NCBI RefSeq assembly: GCF_009914755.1
Contig: NC_060935.1
Length of the DNA stretch: 64,000 nucleotides
Direction: 5' to 3' (one strand)
From: the human T2T-CHM13v2.0 reference genome, Homo sapiens
Shown in pieces: positions 31,820 through 45,253 of the stretch. The first letter of the stretch is position 1. Every line of letters starts with the position of its first letter. Below the pieces are notes generated by a model. The model saw only the letters and a list, made by a program, of their open reading frames with translations. It was not told where the DNA came from and ran no database searches. The position numbers and the translations under genes were made by a program.

Positions 31820-32190
31820 CATTCTACAATGTCAGAGCTAGGACAGATCCTTAATGGTCACTTTGCAGGTAGAAAAACAGGTCCAAAGACCAATGCAACT
31901 GACGTGGGCTTGCACAACTGCATTGGGCAGCTCAGTCCCAACCCCACGACGCCTGACTGCCCACAAGGGCGCTCCTTACTAATAGAGTTTTGATTGGGTA
32001 CTTCCTTGAGCCAGGTTCTCTGCTGAGCACCTAACATGGGTTACCTAATTTAATCCTCACACAACTCTGTGGGGTCAATACAGTGGTCATCTTCATTGTT
32101 TAGACAACATAACTGAAGCACTGAGAAGGTCACACAACTAAAATGGGTCAAAGCCAGATTCTAAGTCATTCCAGAGCCTGTGTGCAAATA
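31820..32190 (-). mobile_element. MIR fragments
   Basis: tttaatcctcacacaactctgtggg; aactgaagcactgagaaggtcacacaac. Confidence 0.6.
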
Positions 32191-32948
32191 TACTACACTC
32201 GCTACCTCGCTGCACGATTCCTCTCATAGACTGACTCTCTAGGAAAAGAATCAAGTAAGAAATACCCTCCTAGTCACAAGATTCACTGAAGAGTAAAAGC
32301 GGAATCCTTGCCTTCAACATTTTATGGTGCGTCTCTTCCTCTGCTTCTTCCTTTCTCTCCTTTTCCTTTCTTCTTCCTGAACAAGTCAGTCCTAAATCCC
32401 TGAGTGGGGCTGAGCAAGCTGGGCTTCCGTGCAGGAAGGCGCAGGTGCAATGGCCCAGAATGGGTTGTCAGTGCTCCAGCAAGGTGAGAGCACCTGTGCA
32501 GGGGGCTGTCTGGGTGGAGGGCATCCCCAGGGGACAGCCCAGATGAGATGTCAGAGCCCAAGCTGTGTAAGGAGAGCATCACCCAGGGGCAGACCAGCAG
32601 AGGATCTTGAACCCCAGACAGAGAGAGCAGGGATTTGGCAGGGAGGGACAAACCAGCACAGGATATCAGAGACTGAGTGGGGTGCAGTGGGGTGTGGAGG
32701 GCATATGTGTGTGGGAGGGGGTGGCACTGCTAGGAGATAGGTTAATACGGAACACTGATCAAATCAGCAAATATAGTAAAGAGCATGGGAGTCTTTCTCT
32801 CTCAGTAAAAGAAGTTAAAAATGTGAAAACCAGCCAATGATTGCAAACTGGGGGGCATGAGGTAAATATGAGGACTGATAAATCCTCAGATCAAATAATT
32901 AATTATACTTAACTTTGACAGATCCTCATATCTAAAAGGTAAATATGA

Positions 32949-33238
<290 letters not shown>

Positions 33239-33607
33239 AAAAATGTGAAAAGGGAGAAAAATACAGTAAACCTTGTGGTGCTGGGCTGGAGTTGGAGGTG
33301 CCAGTGTGCAGTCTTGCTTAGCAGATGGTGGCTGTATGGGACACTGCTTCCTCTGGGGCATCTCTTTCGTCCCAGGGGTATCAGAAGTCTAGGTTCGGGG
33401 AGAACTTCACCTATGTATCCTAAAAGATGGTAGACAAATGGGTCCCGTGGTTCCTTCCTGCTCATCAGGGACGGTGCAGAGCAGACAGAGGGAGCAACAC
33501 TAACACCTTCTCTCAGCTCAGCACTGTCCTCCAAAGGTCACCGGCACCCCTTCATGGGTGTGGCTGCGTGCTAGTTCCTGAGAGCTGCCTGCCCTCTAAT
33601 CCATAGG

Positions 33608-33785
33608 CCTGTGGTTCCCCAGCCTGGGTGAGCACTTGAATCACCTGTCCTGGGTGCCTCCCCAGAGCCACCAAATCAGAATCTCCAGGGTGGGGCTTGG
33701 GAATCTGGATGCATAACAATCTCCCAGGTAATTCCTGTCCAGTCAGCCCACCGGTTGTGGATCAGGCCTGGGAGTCACTCACTAG
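33608..33785. mobile_element. MER5-type hAT MITE
   Basis: gaatcacctg...aatcagaatctccagggtggggcttgggaatctg...ctcccaggtaattc. Confidence 0.7.
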
Positions 33786-34869
33786 ATAATGGTGTAGACA
33801 CTTCATAGGAATTGCGATGCTAAAGAAAAAAAGCCTTCATTCTCAATTAAGAGGAAAGGAAGAGGAAAAGGAGGGGAAGCAAACAGCAAATTGACATTAA
33901 TTATGGCAACTCCCTTTAAACGCCACTGATAATATGCTGTCTGAATTCCCTTCCCATCAACCTCTGGATCTCACTATGGGTTGGGCATCCCCTAAATGGC
34001 AGGATGGCTCCAGGCTACAGCACAGAGCCCTGTGTTTCAGATGTAGGGAAAGTAAAGTGAACAATAGAAAAATTCCACATGGCCTTTGCAGGCCTCATAC
34101 CGCCATTCCACACCACCAGCAGAAGTCAGCTCTGCCACCTAAAACCTTTGCCCATCCCTGAGAAAGTCCTCAGCATCCTAAGGCTACAAAAGTCTAATTG
34201 GTTGTACCAAAGTGGATAGAACCTTTTCCAACAAACCCCACCCAAACCTGCACCCACAGCTATCTGTTGTCCACCCACTATTTGTAGAGAAGTGCATTAA
34301 GAGTTTCAGGATATTATGGGATTTTTAGATGTCCCCTTCTGGCTTGCAGATCACTATCATTACACTCAAGATGAAGAGGAGGGGGACGGCAAGGAAGGCA
34401 AAGTGCAGTGCTCAAACAGAAGCATGGAGTTGGAACGAGAAGCTGAGTCCATGAGACAGCAAATAAGGAGTCCACGTTGGCCAAAGAACAGGGCAACACA
34501 CGGGACTTTGCCAGGCATCTTTGAGAGAGAATGGAATGGGAGGAATCAAGACACTGAGGGCTAGAGACATGACTGTACCCCTGGGAAATGCTGCCACCCA
34601 GCACGGCACGGAAGTCATGGAGACATTCTTCAAGGCTGCCATGGGCCAAAGACTCACGAAATTCATCATCTCTTCCACCTCCACCTTGCTTTAATTAGGG
34701 CTTTGCTGAAGACAACGACTTAACCTAAAGATCGAGTCCACGGTGGGAGTACTGGGCTCCAAGTCAGGGCAGTGAAGGCGCAAGGTAGTAGACTAACACC
34801 CCTCCACCTGCACTGGCACATCCTCCATGCATTTGGCAATCTCACCAAACACAGGGTCAAGGCAGCTGT

Positions 34870-35050
34870 GTTCCAGCCCTGGCTCTGCCACTTGTTTGCT
34901 GTGTAGCTTTAGACACACCACTCACCTTCTGTGAACCTTGAGTTCCTCATGTGTGAATCAAGATCACGGCATCTCCCCTGCTTACCTCACAGGGCTCCTG
35001 TGGATGAGGCAACGTACAAAGTGCTTTGTCAACTATAAAGCATTGATGAA
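34870..35050 (+). mobile_element. MIR
   Basis: ggctctgccacttgtttgctgtgtagctt...agttcctcatgtgtgaa. Confidence 0.7.
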
Positions 35051-35223
35051 ACATCAGGAACTGTTGTCATCGTTCCAGGTAGGCACAGATGTCCTCTATT
35101 TCTGCCTCCTGCCCTTTGCAGCTGACCACATCCCCTTCTTTCCATGGGACACTCTGAGGGTCTCTCTCCTCTGCAGTGTCTGCTCACTGCCCTGTCTGTC
35201 TGAGTCAACCACAGCGAGGCATC

Positions 35224-35255
35224 TAGGGTTAGGGTTAGGGTTAGGGTTAGGTTAG
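35224..35255 (+). repeat. Short interstitial telomeric sequence (TTAGGG)n
   Basis: tagggttagggttagggttagggttaggttag. Confidence 0.9.
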
Positions 35256-36123
35256 ATAACCTAACTTATCTGGGGCCCCTGTCCCAGAATACGGACCTCC
35301 CACGCCCCTTGGGTCAGCGCACACGACAGGGGAGACACCTTGGTCGTATTTTTACATATTTTCCTCTTGCTCAAAACCACAGAGCCAAGCAAACTGCAAT
35401 AGGAATAAAGTCCTGCTCAGTGAATTTCATTTTTTGCCACTCGTTTATTAGTGGTAGGTGCTGTGGCCACTGCTGAACTATTGTTTATCCAGCCTATTAA
35501 GATTCTGTTTTCCAAAACACATTTTTCTTGTACTCCAGCCAGAAGTGACTTGCCCAGAGCCCAGCACTGCTAAGAACAGCTGGGCTAAGCCAAAGATGAG
35601 TAGATTAAAGGAGAATCAATACCTCGTTGCTGAGTGAGAACAGAAAGTCAGTTCTCAACCATCTCCCCTCTCAGGCCCCATGACCGAGTTTCTCTCTTTC
35701 TCCCAAAGAGGAGATCATGGATTGTGAAATACCTTAATGGAAAAAACAGCCACAGGGCACTGGCTTGGCGGGATTGTATCCAAAATCATTATGTCATAAA
35801 AAGTTTCTTCCCCCAAGTACACACAGGCTGTTTTCCAGCAATTATCCCAAATAATTTTTTACGGGGAGATGGGGCTGCGGAGGAGGGGCGAAAAGGGTTC
35901 AGAGCCAGGGAGATGCACAATCCCCCGATTCATCTCTTCTGGCTCCCAATCACCTCACATGAATAAGGGGTGATTTCCCTAGCCCCAGGGCTCTGTGCTC
36001 TCCTCTCGTCTGCCCCCTTGCCATCAGCCCATTTTACTCATTAGGAGGGATTTTTGACATGCTACTTGCTAAGTTGGCATTTCTCATATTTCACAAAGCC
36101 CTACCTGGAGTATGCCCTCTAAA

Positions 36124-36249
36124 GCTGGGAATGAAAATAATTTTATCTGTGTTTAGGATAAACAATAGGTCAGAGGGCCCCAAGATGCTGGGAATGAAAA
36201 TAATTTTATCTGTGTTTAAGATAAAAAATAGGTCAGAGTGCCCCACGAT
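36124..36249 (+). repeat. 63-bp tandem duplication (2 copies, 4 mismatches)
   Basis: 36124-36186 vs 36187-36249 aligned by eye. Confidence 0.95.
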
Positions 36250-37469
36250 GGGGTAATTCCACCAGGAGAGAACAGTGTAACATAGTGGGATGAACGCCAC
36301 TCTGCGAGTTCTAGTCCCAGCTCCATCATGAAGTAACAGGCCACTTACAGGATCTACATGAAGCACCAAAGTGATCTCCCTAGTCCCAACCCATAAAAAA
36401 AATCCAGTGAGTCTCTGGAAGGATGGCGCCGTGCTGCTGCCAGTCTAACCAGGCTGAAAGAGTGCACTTTAGGCATGGTGGAACATGCAACATTGTTGAG
36501 GTGACAGAATTTCATTAGTCTTCATAGAGGAGCGGTAAGGAATGTGACTGGAGGGCAGCATGGGGGAGGAGTAGGTGTAGGTGCAAGGAGAGGCAGGTGC
36601 AGAGGATGGGAGAGGGTCATTTTCTGCAGATGATTTGGGAGACAGCCAGCCCAGGGATTGGCCATCCAGTTTAGGGGCCAGTTTAAAAGGCCTGGAGCTA
36701 ACTTATCAGAAGCTCAGGAAAGGGGAGGAATCTGAAGAATGAGGCCACCACCCACTCACCTGTGGTAGGGAGGCTCAGTGGTGGGGAGGGGCTCCGAGAG
36801 GTCTGTGGGGGACAAGGCCAGCCTAGGTACAGAGCAACATCCCTGAAAAAGCCGTCTTTGAAAAGCTGGCAAAGAAGCCTCCTTTGACTGCCTCACCAAA
36901 GTGAAGATTGTCAGGTTTCAGCAAATGCCAGTGTATTGTGTTTGATGCTCGGTTCATTTTTTAATATTGCGAAGGAATTTATAAATACAAAACAAATACC
37001 GCTTGATGGTGCACACCTTTGAGAGGCAAGGATCTGACCGATGAGTACTTGCCTGTGCAGACCACAGCCTTAATAATCTTCTAACCCATGGCGAAATCCT
37101 TCTGGGATGTCTATGGCGGTGGGGAATTCCCATGACTGACTCAACCCAGCCTCCTCATAATGATATTAATGCCTATGTTGATATGATACAGATATCATTA
37201 ATAAGTTTCCTGATTTCAACATTCCAGCGAGGATAGGGAAAGTCCCAGGCGCAAAGCAAAGTTCAACTGCTTCCTCCCACTCTCATATTGTTCTTCCAAT
37301 ATTCCTTGGCATCGCCACCTTGAGAACCCAGGCTTCCTCCCAGGGACCCAGAGAGGTCAGAGGACTTTCCACACGGAACGGAAGGTCTGGGCCTCCTGAA
37401 GGGGGCCAGAGTTCCTGCAGGACCCGAACCAGGAGGGAACTGAGTCAAACAGTTAAAATAGCGCTAACA

Positions 37470-38500
37470 TTTTAACGTATAATTTCTACAAACAAGGACA
37501 TTCTATGACATAGTAATGACACGATATAAAAATCTGGGAATTAATCCTTATATATTACTAGCATCTAATCCCTACGCCATTCCAGTTTGGCTAATTGTCC
37601 CGATAACACCCATTGCATTTAGCTGTCATGTCTCATTCGTCTCCTTTAATCTGGAACATTCGCTCCATCTGTCCTTGACCTTGATGGTGAGTGTGGCACC
37701 TCTGAGGGTCTGTGATTGAGAGTTCCTTTGTAGGCTGTTCCTCCATTCGGGTTTGCCGGGTGTTTCCTTGCAATTGGATTCAGATGATAAGTTTTTGGCA
37801 GGAACACCACAGAACTAGTGTGGGGCTCTTGCTGCGTTCTGTTTGATAGTACGTGATTCCTGTTTGCCTAATGTCACCTGATGTGAACTTGGATCACTTG
37901 ACTAAGGTGGTGTCTGCCAAGTCTCCCCACTCTAAAGTCGCTCCTTTTCTCCTTGTAGGTATGAGACTGTTTGAGACTAAGAAAAGACACCAGTCCTCAT
38001 CAAACTTCCCCCACTAGACTTCACAGTCCTTGATGTTTCTTGGCTGAACTAACTATCATGATGGTTGCCCAATGGTGATTTTCTAATTTCATCATTCCTC
38101 CTCAGTATATTAGTTGGCATTCTGCTGTAAGGAAACGCTTTCTTTTCTTTTCATTTATTTATTCACTTACACATTTATATCGGTACAGACTCATGGATTC
38201 TAATGTATGCAATGGGATAGAATTCGTTACCAACATTATTCATTTTTATGTCTAGGTTACACCAGATTTGACCACCGGGAGCCCCTTTAAGCCAGTTCCT
38301 GTGTCTTGTTGACATGTCTTCATCATTCTTGGAGCACTTCCTGACTTTCCATACGACAAAATGTCCCCGGCTCTTCTTGTACCTTCCCTGCCACACCCAT
38401 GGAATCAGCTGTTTCTCCAAAGAGTCCTGGCTCTAAGCACTAAGTCTGCACATTGCTATTGAGTGTCCCTGCTCCCAGGTGCTCTCCGTGGAGAGGACAC
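37470..38500 (-). mobile_element. L1MC-type 3' relic
   Basis: aacaaggacattct...tagctgtcatgtctc...tggatcacttgactaaggtggtgtctgcca...ggaatcagctgtttctccaaagagtcctgg. Confidence 0.7.
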
Positions 38501-38518
38501 ACGAACGTATGCGCTCAT

Positions 38519-38519
<1 letters not shown>

Positions 38520-38556
<37 letters not shown>
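38520..38556. repeat. (CA)n microsatellite
   Basis: Direct reading. Confidence 0.95.
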
Positions 38557-38558
<2 letters not shown>

Positions 38559-38611
38559 AATCTACAGTGACAGAAAGCAGATCAGTGGTTGCCTCGGGAT
38601 AAGGGTGGTAA

Positions 38612-39001
<390 letters not shown>

Positions 39002-39295
39002 AAAATTTACATTTTAAATATATGCAGTTCATCATATGTAAATTACACCTCAACAAAGCTGTTAAAATTTTTGACATCCCTGGAATCATCACCATGCAAG
39101 GAAAGCAATACTCTGTGACTGTCTAACACCCTGGCTTCTGAAGTATTGGTTAAAGAAAAGTAATAGTAGAATTTTACGATCAAGAAATTCCTCTTAGGTT
39201 CAATAAATATAAGGAGGAATGATTTTTAAAACCCTCTAAACATTTTTATTAAATTAAGATACAGAGTATAGGTTCTGGGTTTCTTTGGAACGTTA

Positions 39296-39503
39296 CAAGC
39301 TTGTCCAACCTGCCTTATTGTGTTGTTTTCTGTTTTGTTTTGTTCTGTTTTGTTTTGTTTTAGGCTTTTAGCAGCCTGAAACCATGGTTTTTAGTTTCTG
39401 TCTCTAGCGATAAGCGGAAAAGTGGGATGAGGAAGGGGCTTTACTGGCCTAACCAGAAACAGAAACTAAGAACCCATGATTGAATTCTCTCCCCTGGACA
39501 CCC
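39296..39503 (-). mobile_element. MER30B-like hAT MITE
   Basis: caagcttgtccaacc...ccagaaacagaaactaagaacccatga...ggacaccc. Confidence 0.75.
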
Positions 39504-39535
39504 ATTTATAAGGTATGCTTAATAGATGCGACTGT

Positions 39536-39874
<339 letters not shown>

Positions 39875-39999
39875 CTAAACATAAGGCAATTCTCTAAAAC
39901 AATGATAATGAGTGAAATCAGTAATAAGCACTCATTTTCATGGATGAAAATCATTTACCAATTTTTTGTAAACTTTTTGATGAAAACATATTTTTTAAG

Positions 40000-40480
40000 T
40001 TTCTTTTGTAAACTTTTTGATAAAAGAAAACCCTTCGACCCAGTAATTCTACACCTAGTAATTTATCCTAGGAAAAAAATCAGGACACACCAAAAGCTGT
40101 ATGGATAACTATGCTCATTACATTGTTATTTATAACATGAAAAATTGTAATCAACCTAAATGTTTGACAAATTAAGGAATAACAATACAATAAAACTCAA
40201 AACAGACATTAGGCTATAGTGGAATATTTAATAAGATAGATAAATGTTCATTTTATACATATAAGTGAAAATGTGAATTTAATCCTGTTTCTCTGGAGGG
40301 GGAATAAGCAAAAATAATATACATGTGTTTGTATATTTTACATATATAAATATATACAAGATCTTTGATATATGGTACAAATGGTACATATACCAAAATG
40401 TTTGTGGTTACTTCTGAATGGTAGGATTATGCATATTTTTCTTGGTGGTTTTCTGTATTTTTCAACTTTCATCCAATTAT
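40000..40480 (+). mobile_element. L1ME 3' relic
   Basis: cttcgacccagtaattctacacctag...caacctaaatgt. Confidence 0.6.
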
Positions 40481-40499
40481 ATGTATGTATATGTATCTG

Positions 40500-40826
40500 T
40501 ACAGGCCTATATTCCTTATCTATAATTCAGAAATCCAAAAAAAGCTTTCACAATGGACATTTTCCATGAAGTTAGTAAAACTCATTTAGCAACAAAAACT
40601 TGGTCTGAACTGGCATGAGCCTTTACATAGTGTATAATTATGAGTCTTTCTATAGTCTGCATTTGTCCCATGTCTTGTGGACACAGTTCTATTTCACTGC
40701 AGATGTACTCTGCCCCAGAATTCCTAGAGGTTATATAACATTCAGTCTATGTGCTATTCTAATACGAAAAATCTTCTGGATTCTAAAGCATCTACCTTCT
40801 ATGGTTTCAAATAAGGAATTGTGGAT
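40500..40826. mobile_element. Tigger-like MITE
   Basis: Imperfect terminal inverted repeats attccttat ... ataaggaat. Confidence 0.45.
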
Positions 40827-40834
40827 AATATTTT

Positions 40835-41160
40835 AGGTTGTTTTGTATTGGTTTGTTGATACATGGTCTCACTCTGTCACGTAGGCTGGAGGACAGTGGG
40901 GCGATCAGAGCTCACTGCAGCCTCAACCTCCCAGACTCAAGCAATCCTTCTGCCTTAGCCCCTGAGTAGCTGGGACCACAGGTGCCTGCCACCATGCCCA
41001 GCTAATTTTATTTATTTATTTATTTATTTATTATTTATTATTTAGAGATAGGGGTCTCACTACGTTGCCCAGGCTGGTCTCAAACTCCTGACCTCAAGCA
41101 ATCCTCCCGCCTTGGCCTCCCAAAGTGCTGGATTACAGCCGTGAGCCACCGCACCTGGCC
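40835..41160 (-). mobile_element. AluJ
   Basis: gctcactgcagcctcaacctcccagactcaagcaatcc; (TTTA)n linker; TSD gataatatt. Confidence 0.88.
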
Positions 41161-41324
41161 AGATAATATTCTGTGATGAGGGGGAAATGAGAAGGAAGGG
41201 AGGGAGGGGAAGAAGGGAGGGAGGGAAAGAAGGAAACAGTTATTATCTTGGCAGAATAAAAATGGTGCAGAGAGGGCAAAACTACATGTAACACATGGTT
41301 AGAATGTAACTTTTGCTTTTGTTT

Positions 41325-41842
41325 CTGTCGGTCTTCTCCAGCCAAGGCCGGCCAGGAACACACAAGTTGGGCTTCTTACTTGCTGCAGGACCACGAAGGA
41401 ACCATGCATCTCACTAAGGAGGTGTTAGAAGCACTTACGTCAAGAATTAGGCTTTTATTTGTGATGCTGGGGAGAGTCTAAGGAAGTGGGGCTTCCCTCT
41501 AGATTGGGTGCTATCAAAAAGTAGAGGCAATTCCATGTTGGCATCTAAGTCATATCAGCAGGGAGGAGACACTGGAGCCAAGACACAGCCCTAATCGGCA
41601 AAGAAGTGGCAGAGTCGTTTCTCAGCCAAGTCAGCTGTGCGGCACGGCGACCTTGATTTCGTCTGTGTTGAGACACAATTACGAAGTGGCTTCACTGGCT
41701 TTCAGTTTTCATGCTCTCGGGAGTATTCTGAGGCTGAGGCTGACGCTCTGCCTGGCTGTTCACACCCGTACGAGAGTGGCACGACCCAGCTGTGGGTGCC
41801 AGCCCAGCTTCTGAATGTTGGGGCTGCCTTTTTCTGATCTCC
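41325..41842 (-). mobile_element. ERVL-class solo LTR (MER76-like)
   Basis: ccaggaacacac...aaggaagtggggcttccctctagattgggtgct...agctgtgggtgccagcccagctt...gggctgcctttttct. Confidence 0.55.
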
Positions 41843-42845
41843 TCTCTGTGTCAGCTGTGGCCTAGAGCTATGGGGGAAAGGGTGTCAGCAGCCCCACACT
41901 CTAATGAGGAGTGACAGCACATCCATGCAGAACCTGGTCAGCGTGACCCAACTACCAACCTGGTGACCCTGAGCCCATCACCTGCTGGAGGATCTGGAAG
42001 GAGAGGCTTGAAGATTGGTGCACACAGACCGGAGAGTGGATTTCTTCAGAGAGCAGACTGTCACGGCATTGTGCTATATTGCTCATGGATGAAGGAGGTG
42101 CCTTCACCTTAGCCACAGACCGTGAACACATCCAGGCAAGAGGTTGGCCAGCTCCCTGGCTGCAGCTAAGGGAGGGAAGGAGAGACTGGACTTGCCCTAA
42201 GTGCACCCTGAGCAAGGGGGTTCCACCTTCAGGACATCTTGTGCTGTGCTCAGATCACAGGGAGCCCTGGGCTGTGGTGGTCAAAGTGGTTAAACACAGA
42301 GAGACCAACCTGGACCCAGGAACCCAGGAAAGCTCTGCCTTCCAGACAGCCAGAAATGGGACAGCAGCCCTCCCAGAGGCCACCGAAGCCAGGCTGCACC
42401 TGTACCCTTGCCTCTCTCACTTCCTCTCCTCCAATTCCACAGGAGCCAAAAGCAGAATCCTGAGTAGAGAAGGAAGAGGGGAAGGGCAGGAAGTGACATA
42501 GAGGGGAATCCTCCCATTTCCCTCCTTCCTTATTGCTGGCCTCACCGCCAGAGGCAAGCCAAGGCTGAGGGAGGGGGACAGCACTGAGCACTGATTCAGG
42601 TCAGAGACTGAGGCTTAAATAATTAAATAAACTTGATTGACTTTTAACACCTCCAGGCAAGATTTCTTTGATACCTGAGAGGGACAAGGAAAGTTACAGG
42701 ATCTACCAAGGTTATCAATAAGGAGAGGAGAGACCCAGACAAAGCAATGATATGAAAGGATAAAGTTGCTTTCTGCTTCCACCCAAGAGGCACCACTGGT
42801 TCAATAAGGCATGACATGTAAAGAGACGTGCTGGTACATATTTAA

Positions 42846-43732
42846 AATTTATAAACTTTATTTTTAGAGCAATTTAAAGTTTACAGAAAAAATTGAGCAG
42901 AAAATACACAGAGTTCCCATATACTCCCTCTCTTCCCAGCCCCACAGTTTTCCCTATTATTAACATCTTGCATTAATGTGATGCTGATAAGCCAATATTG
43001 ATATATTATTATTGACTAAAATCCATAGTTGACTTAGGGTTCACTCTTTCTGTTGTACAGCTCTTTGGGTTTTGAAAATGCATAGTGTCATGTATCCACC
43101 ATTACAGTATCTTACAGAATTATTTCACCACCCTAAAAATCCCTGTGCTTTACCTACCCATCCAATTCACTATTACCCACCAGGCCCTGGAAACCACTAA
43201 TACTTTCCCAGAGCTTAGGGTTTTTTTCAGCATGTCTTATATTCGGTATCGTACAGTACGTAGCCTTTTCAGACTGGCTTCTTTCACTTAGCAATATGCC
43301 TTTCAAGTTCCTCCGTGTCTTTTTGTGGCTTGATAGCTCACTTCTTCCTGTCACTGAATAATATTCCACTGTACGGCTATACCACCATTTGTTTATCCAT
43401 TCACCTACTGAAGGACATTTTAGTTGCTTCCAATTTTTGGCAATTATGAATAAAGCTTCCATAAACATTCACATGCAGGTTTTTGTGTGGACATGTTTTC
43501 AATCCTTTGAGTAAATACCAAAGAGCACAATTGCTGGAGCATATGGTAAGAGTATGTTTAGTAGTGTAAGAAACCTCCAAACTGCCTTCCAAAGTGGCTG
43601 TACCATTTTGCATTTCCACCAGCAATACGTGAGAGTTTCTGTTACTCCACATCCTTGCCAACATTTGGTGTTGCCCATGTTGGATTTTAGCCATTCTCAT
43701 GGACGTGCAGTGGTATCTCATTGTTGTTTTGC
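42846..43732 (-). mobile_element. L1MB-type 3' fragment
   Basis: ttacagaaaaattgagcagaaaatacacagagttccc; reverse ORF2 C-terminal peptide ([25 protein letters not shown]). Confidence 0.85.
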
Positions 43733-44499
43733 CGACAAATGCTTTAATCTGACTCTCCAGCAAAGGAGAAGCCCCAATTTGTTTGCCAATTTTCATGGCA
43801 TAAATACCTCCACCATGTGAATATAAATTGATACAGCTATTATGCAAAACAGTGTGAAGGTTCCTCAAAAAGTTAAAAATAGAACTACCATATGATCCAG
43901 CAATTTCACTTCACGGTATATATCCAAAGGAAATCAAATCACTGTCTCGAAGAGATATCTGCATTCCCATGTTCACTGCAGCATGTTTTACAATAGCCAA
44001 GGTATGAAAACTACCTAAGTGTCCTTTGATGGATGAATGGATAAAGAAAATGTGGTATCTACACACAATGGAATATTGTTCAGTCTTTAAAAAGAAGGAA
44101 ATCCTACCACTGGAAAAAAAGCATGAATGAACCTGGAGGACGTTATGCTAAGTTAAATAAGCCAGACACAGAAAGACACATACTGAATGATGTCACTTAC
44201 ATGTGGAATCTTTAAAAAGCCAAACTCGGGGTGGGTGGAGCCAAGATGACTGAATAGGAATAGCTCCAGTCTACAGCTCCCAGCGTGAGCGACGCAGAAG
44301 ACGGGTGACTTCTGCATTTCCAACTGAGGTACCGGGTTCATCTCCTGGGGAGTGTCGGAAAGTGGGTGCAGGACAGTGGGTGCAGCGCACCGAGCATGAG
44401 CCGAAGCAGGGCAAGGCATCGCTTCACCTGGGAAGCTCAAGGGGTCAGGGAATTCCCTTTTCCAGTCAAAGAAAGGGGTGACAGACGGCACCTGGAAAA

Positions 44500-44682
44500 T
44501 CAGGTCACTCCCACCCTAATACTGCGCTTTTCCAACGGTATTAGCAAATGGTACACCAGGAGATTATATCCCACGCATGGCTCAGAGGATCTTACGCCCA
44601 TGGAGCTTCGCTCATTGCTAGCACAGCAGTCTGAGATCAAACTGCAAGGTGGCAGCGAGGCTGGGGGAGGAGCGCCCACCAT
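44500..44682 (-). CDS. LINE-1 ORF0-like antisense ORF (60 aa, MVGAPPPASLPPCSLISDCCASN...)
   Basis: C-terminal part of track ORF 44500..44937 resembles primate L1 ORF0; expression unknown. Confidence 0.5.
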   Translation of the reverse strand: MVGAPPPASLPPCSLISDCCASNERSSMGVRSSEPCVGYNLLVYHLLIPLEKRSIRVGVT

Positions 44683-45253
44683 TGCCGAGGCTTGAGTAGG
44701 TAAACAAAGTGGCCGGGAACCTCGAACTGGGTGGAGCCCACCGCAGCTCAAGGAGGTCTGCCTGCCTCTGTAGACTCCACCTCTGGGGGCAGGGCATAGC
44801 AAAACAAAAGGTAGTAGATTCCTCTGCAGACTTAAATGTCCCTGTCTGACAGCTTTGAAGAGAGTCGTGGTTCTCTCAGCACGCAGCTGGAGATCTGAGA
44901 ATGGACAGACTGCCTCAAGTGGGTCCCTGAACCCCAAGTAGCCTAACTAGGAGGCACCCCCGAGTAGGGGCAGACTGACACCTCACACGGCCAGGTACTC
45001 CTCTGAGACAAAACTTCCAGAGGAACAATCAGGCAGCAACATTTGCTGTTCACCAATATCCGCGTTCTGCAGCTTCCACTGCTGATACCCGGGCAAACAG
45101 GGTCTGGAGTGGACCTCCAGCAAACTCCAACAGACCTGCAGCTGAGGGTCCTGACTGTTAGAAGGAAAACTAACAAACAGAAAGGACATCCACACCAAAA
45201 CCCCATCTGTACATCACCATCATCAAAGACCAAAGGTAGATAAAACCACAAAG

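Noticed and set aside
36751-36762. Strong minus-strand splice donor (CAG/GTGAGT); similar isolated sites at ~24640 and ~63140
   Set aside because: Isolated splice-like motifs are common; no exon chain can be supported without transcript data
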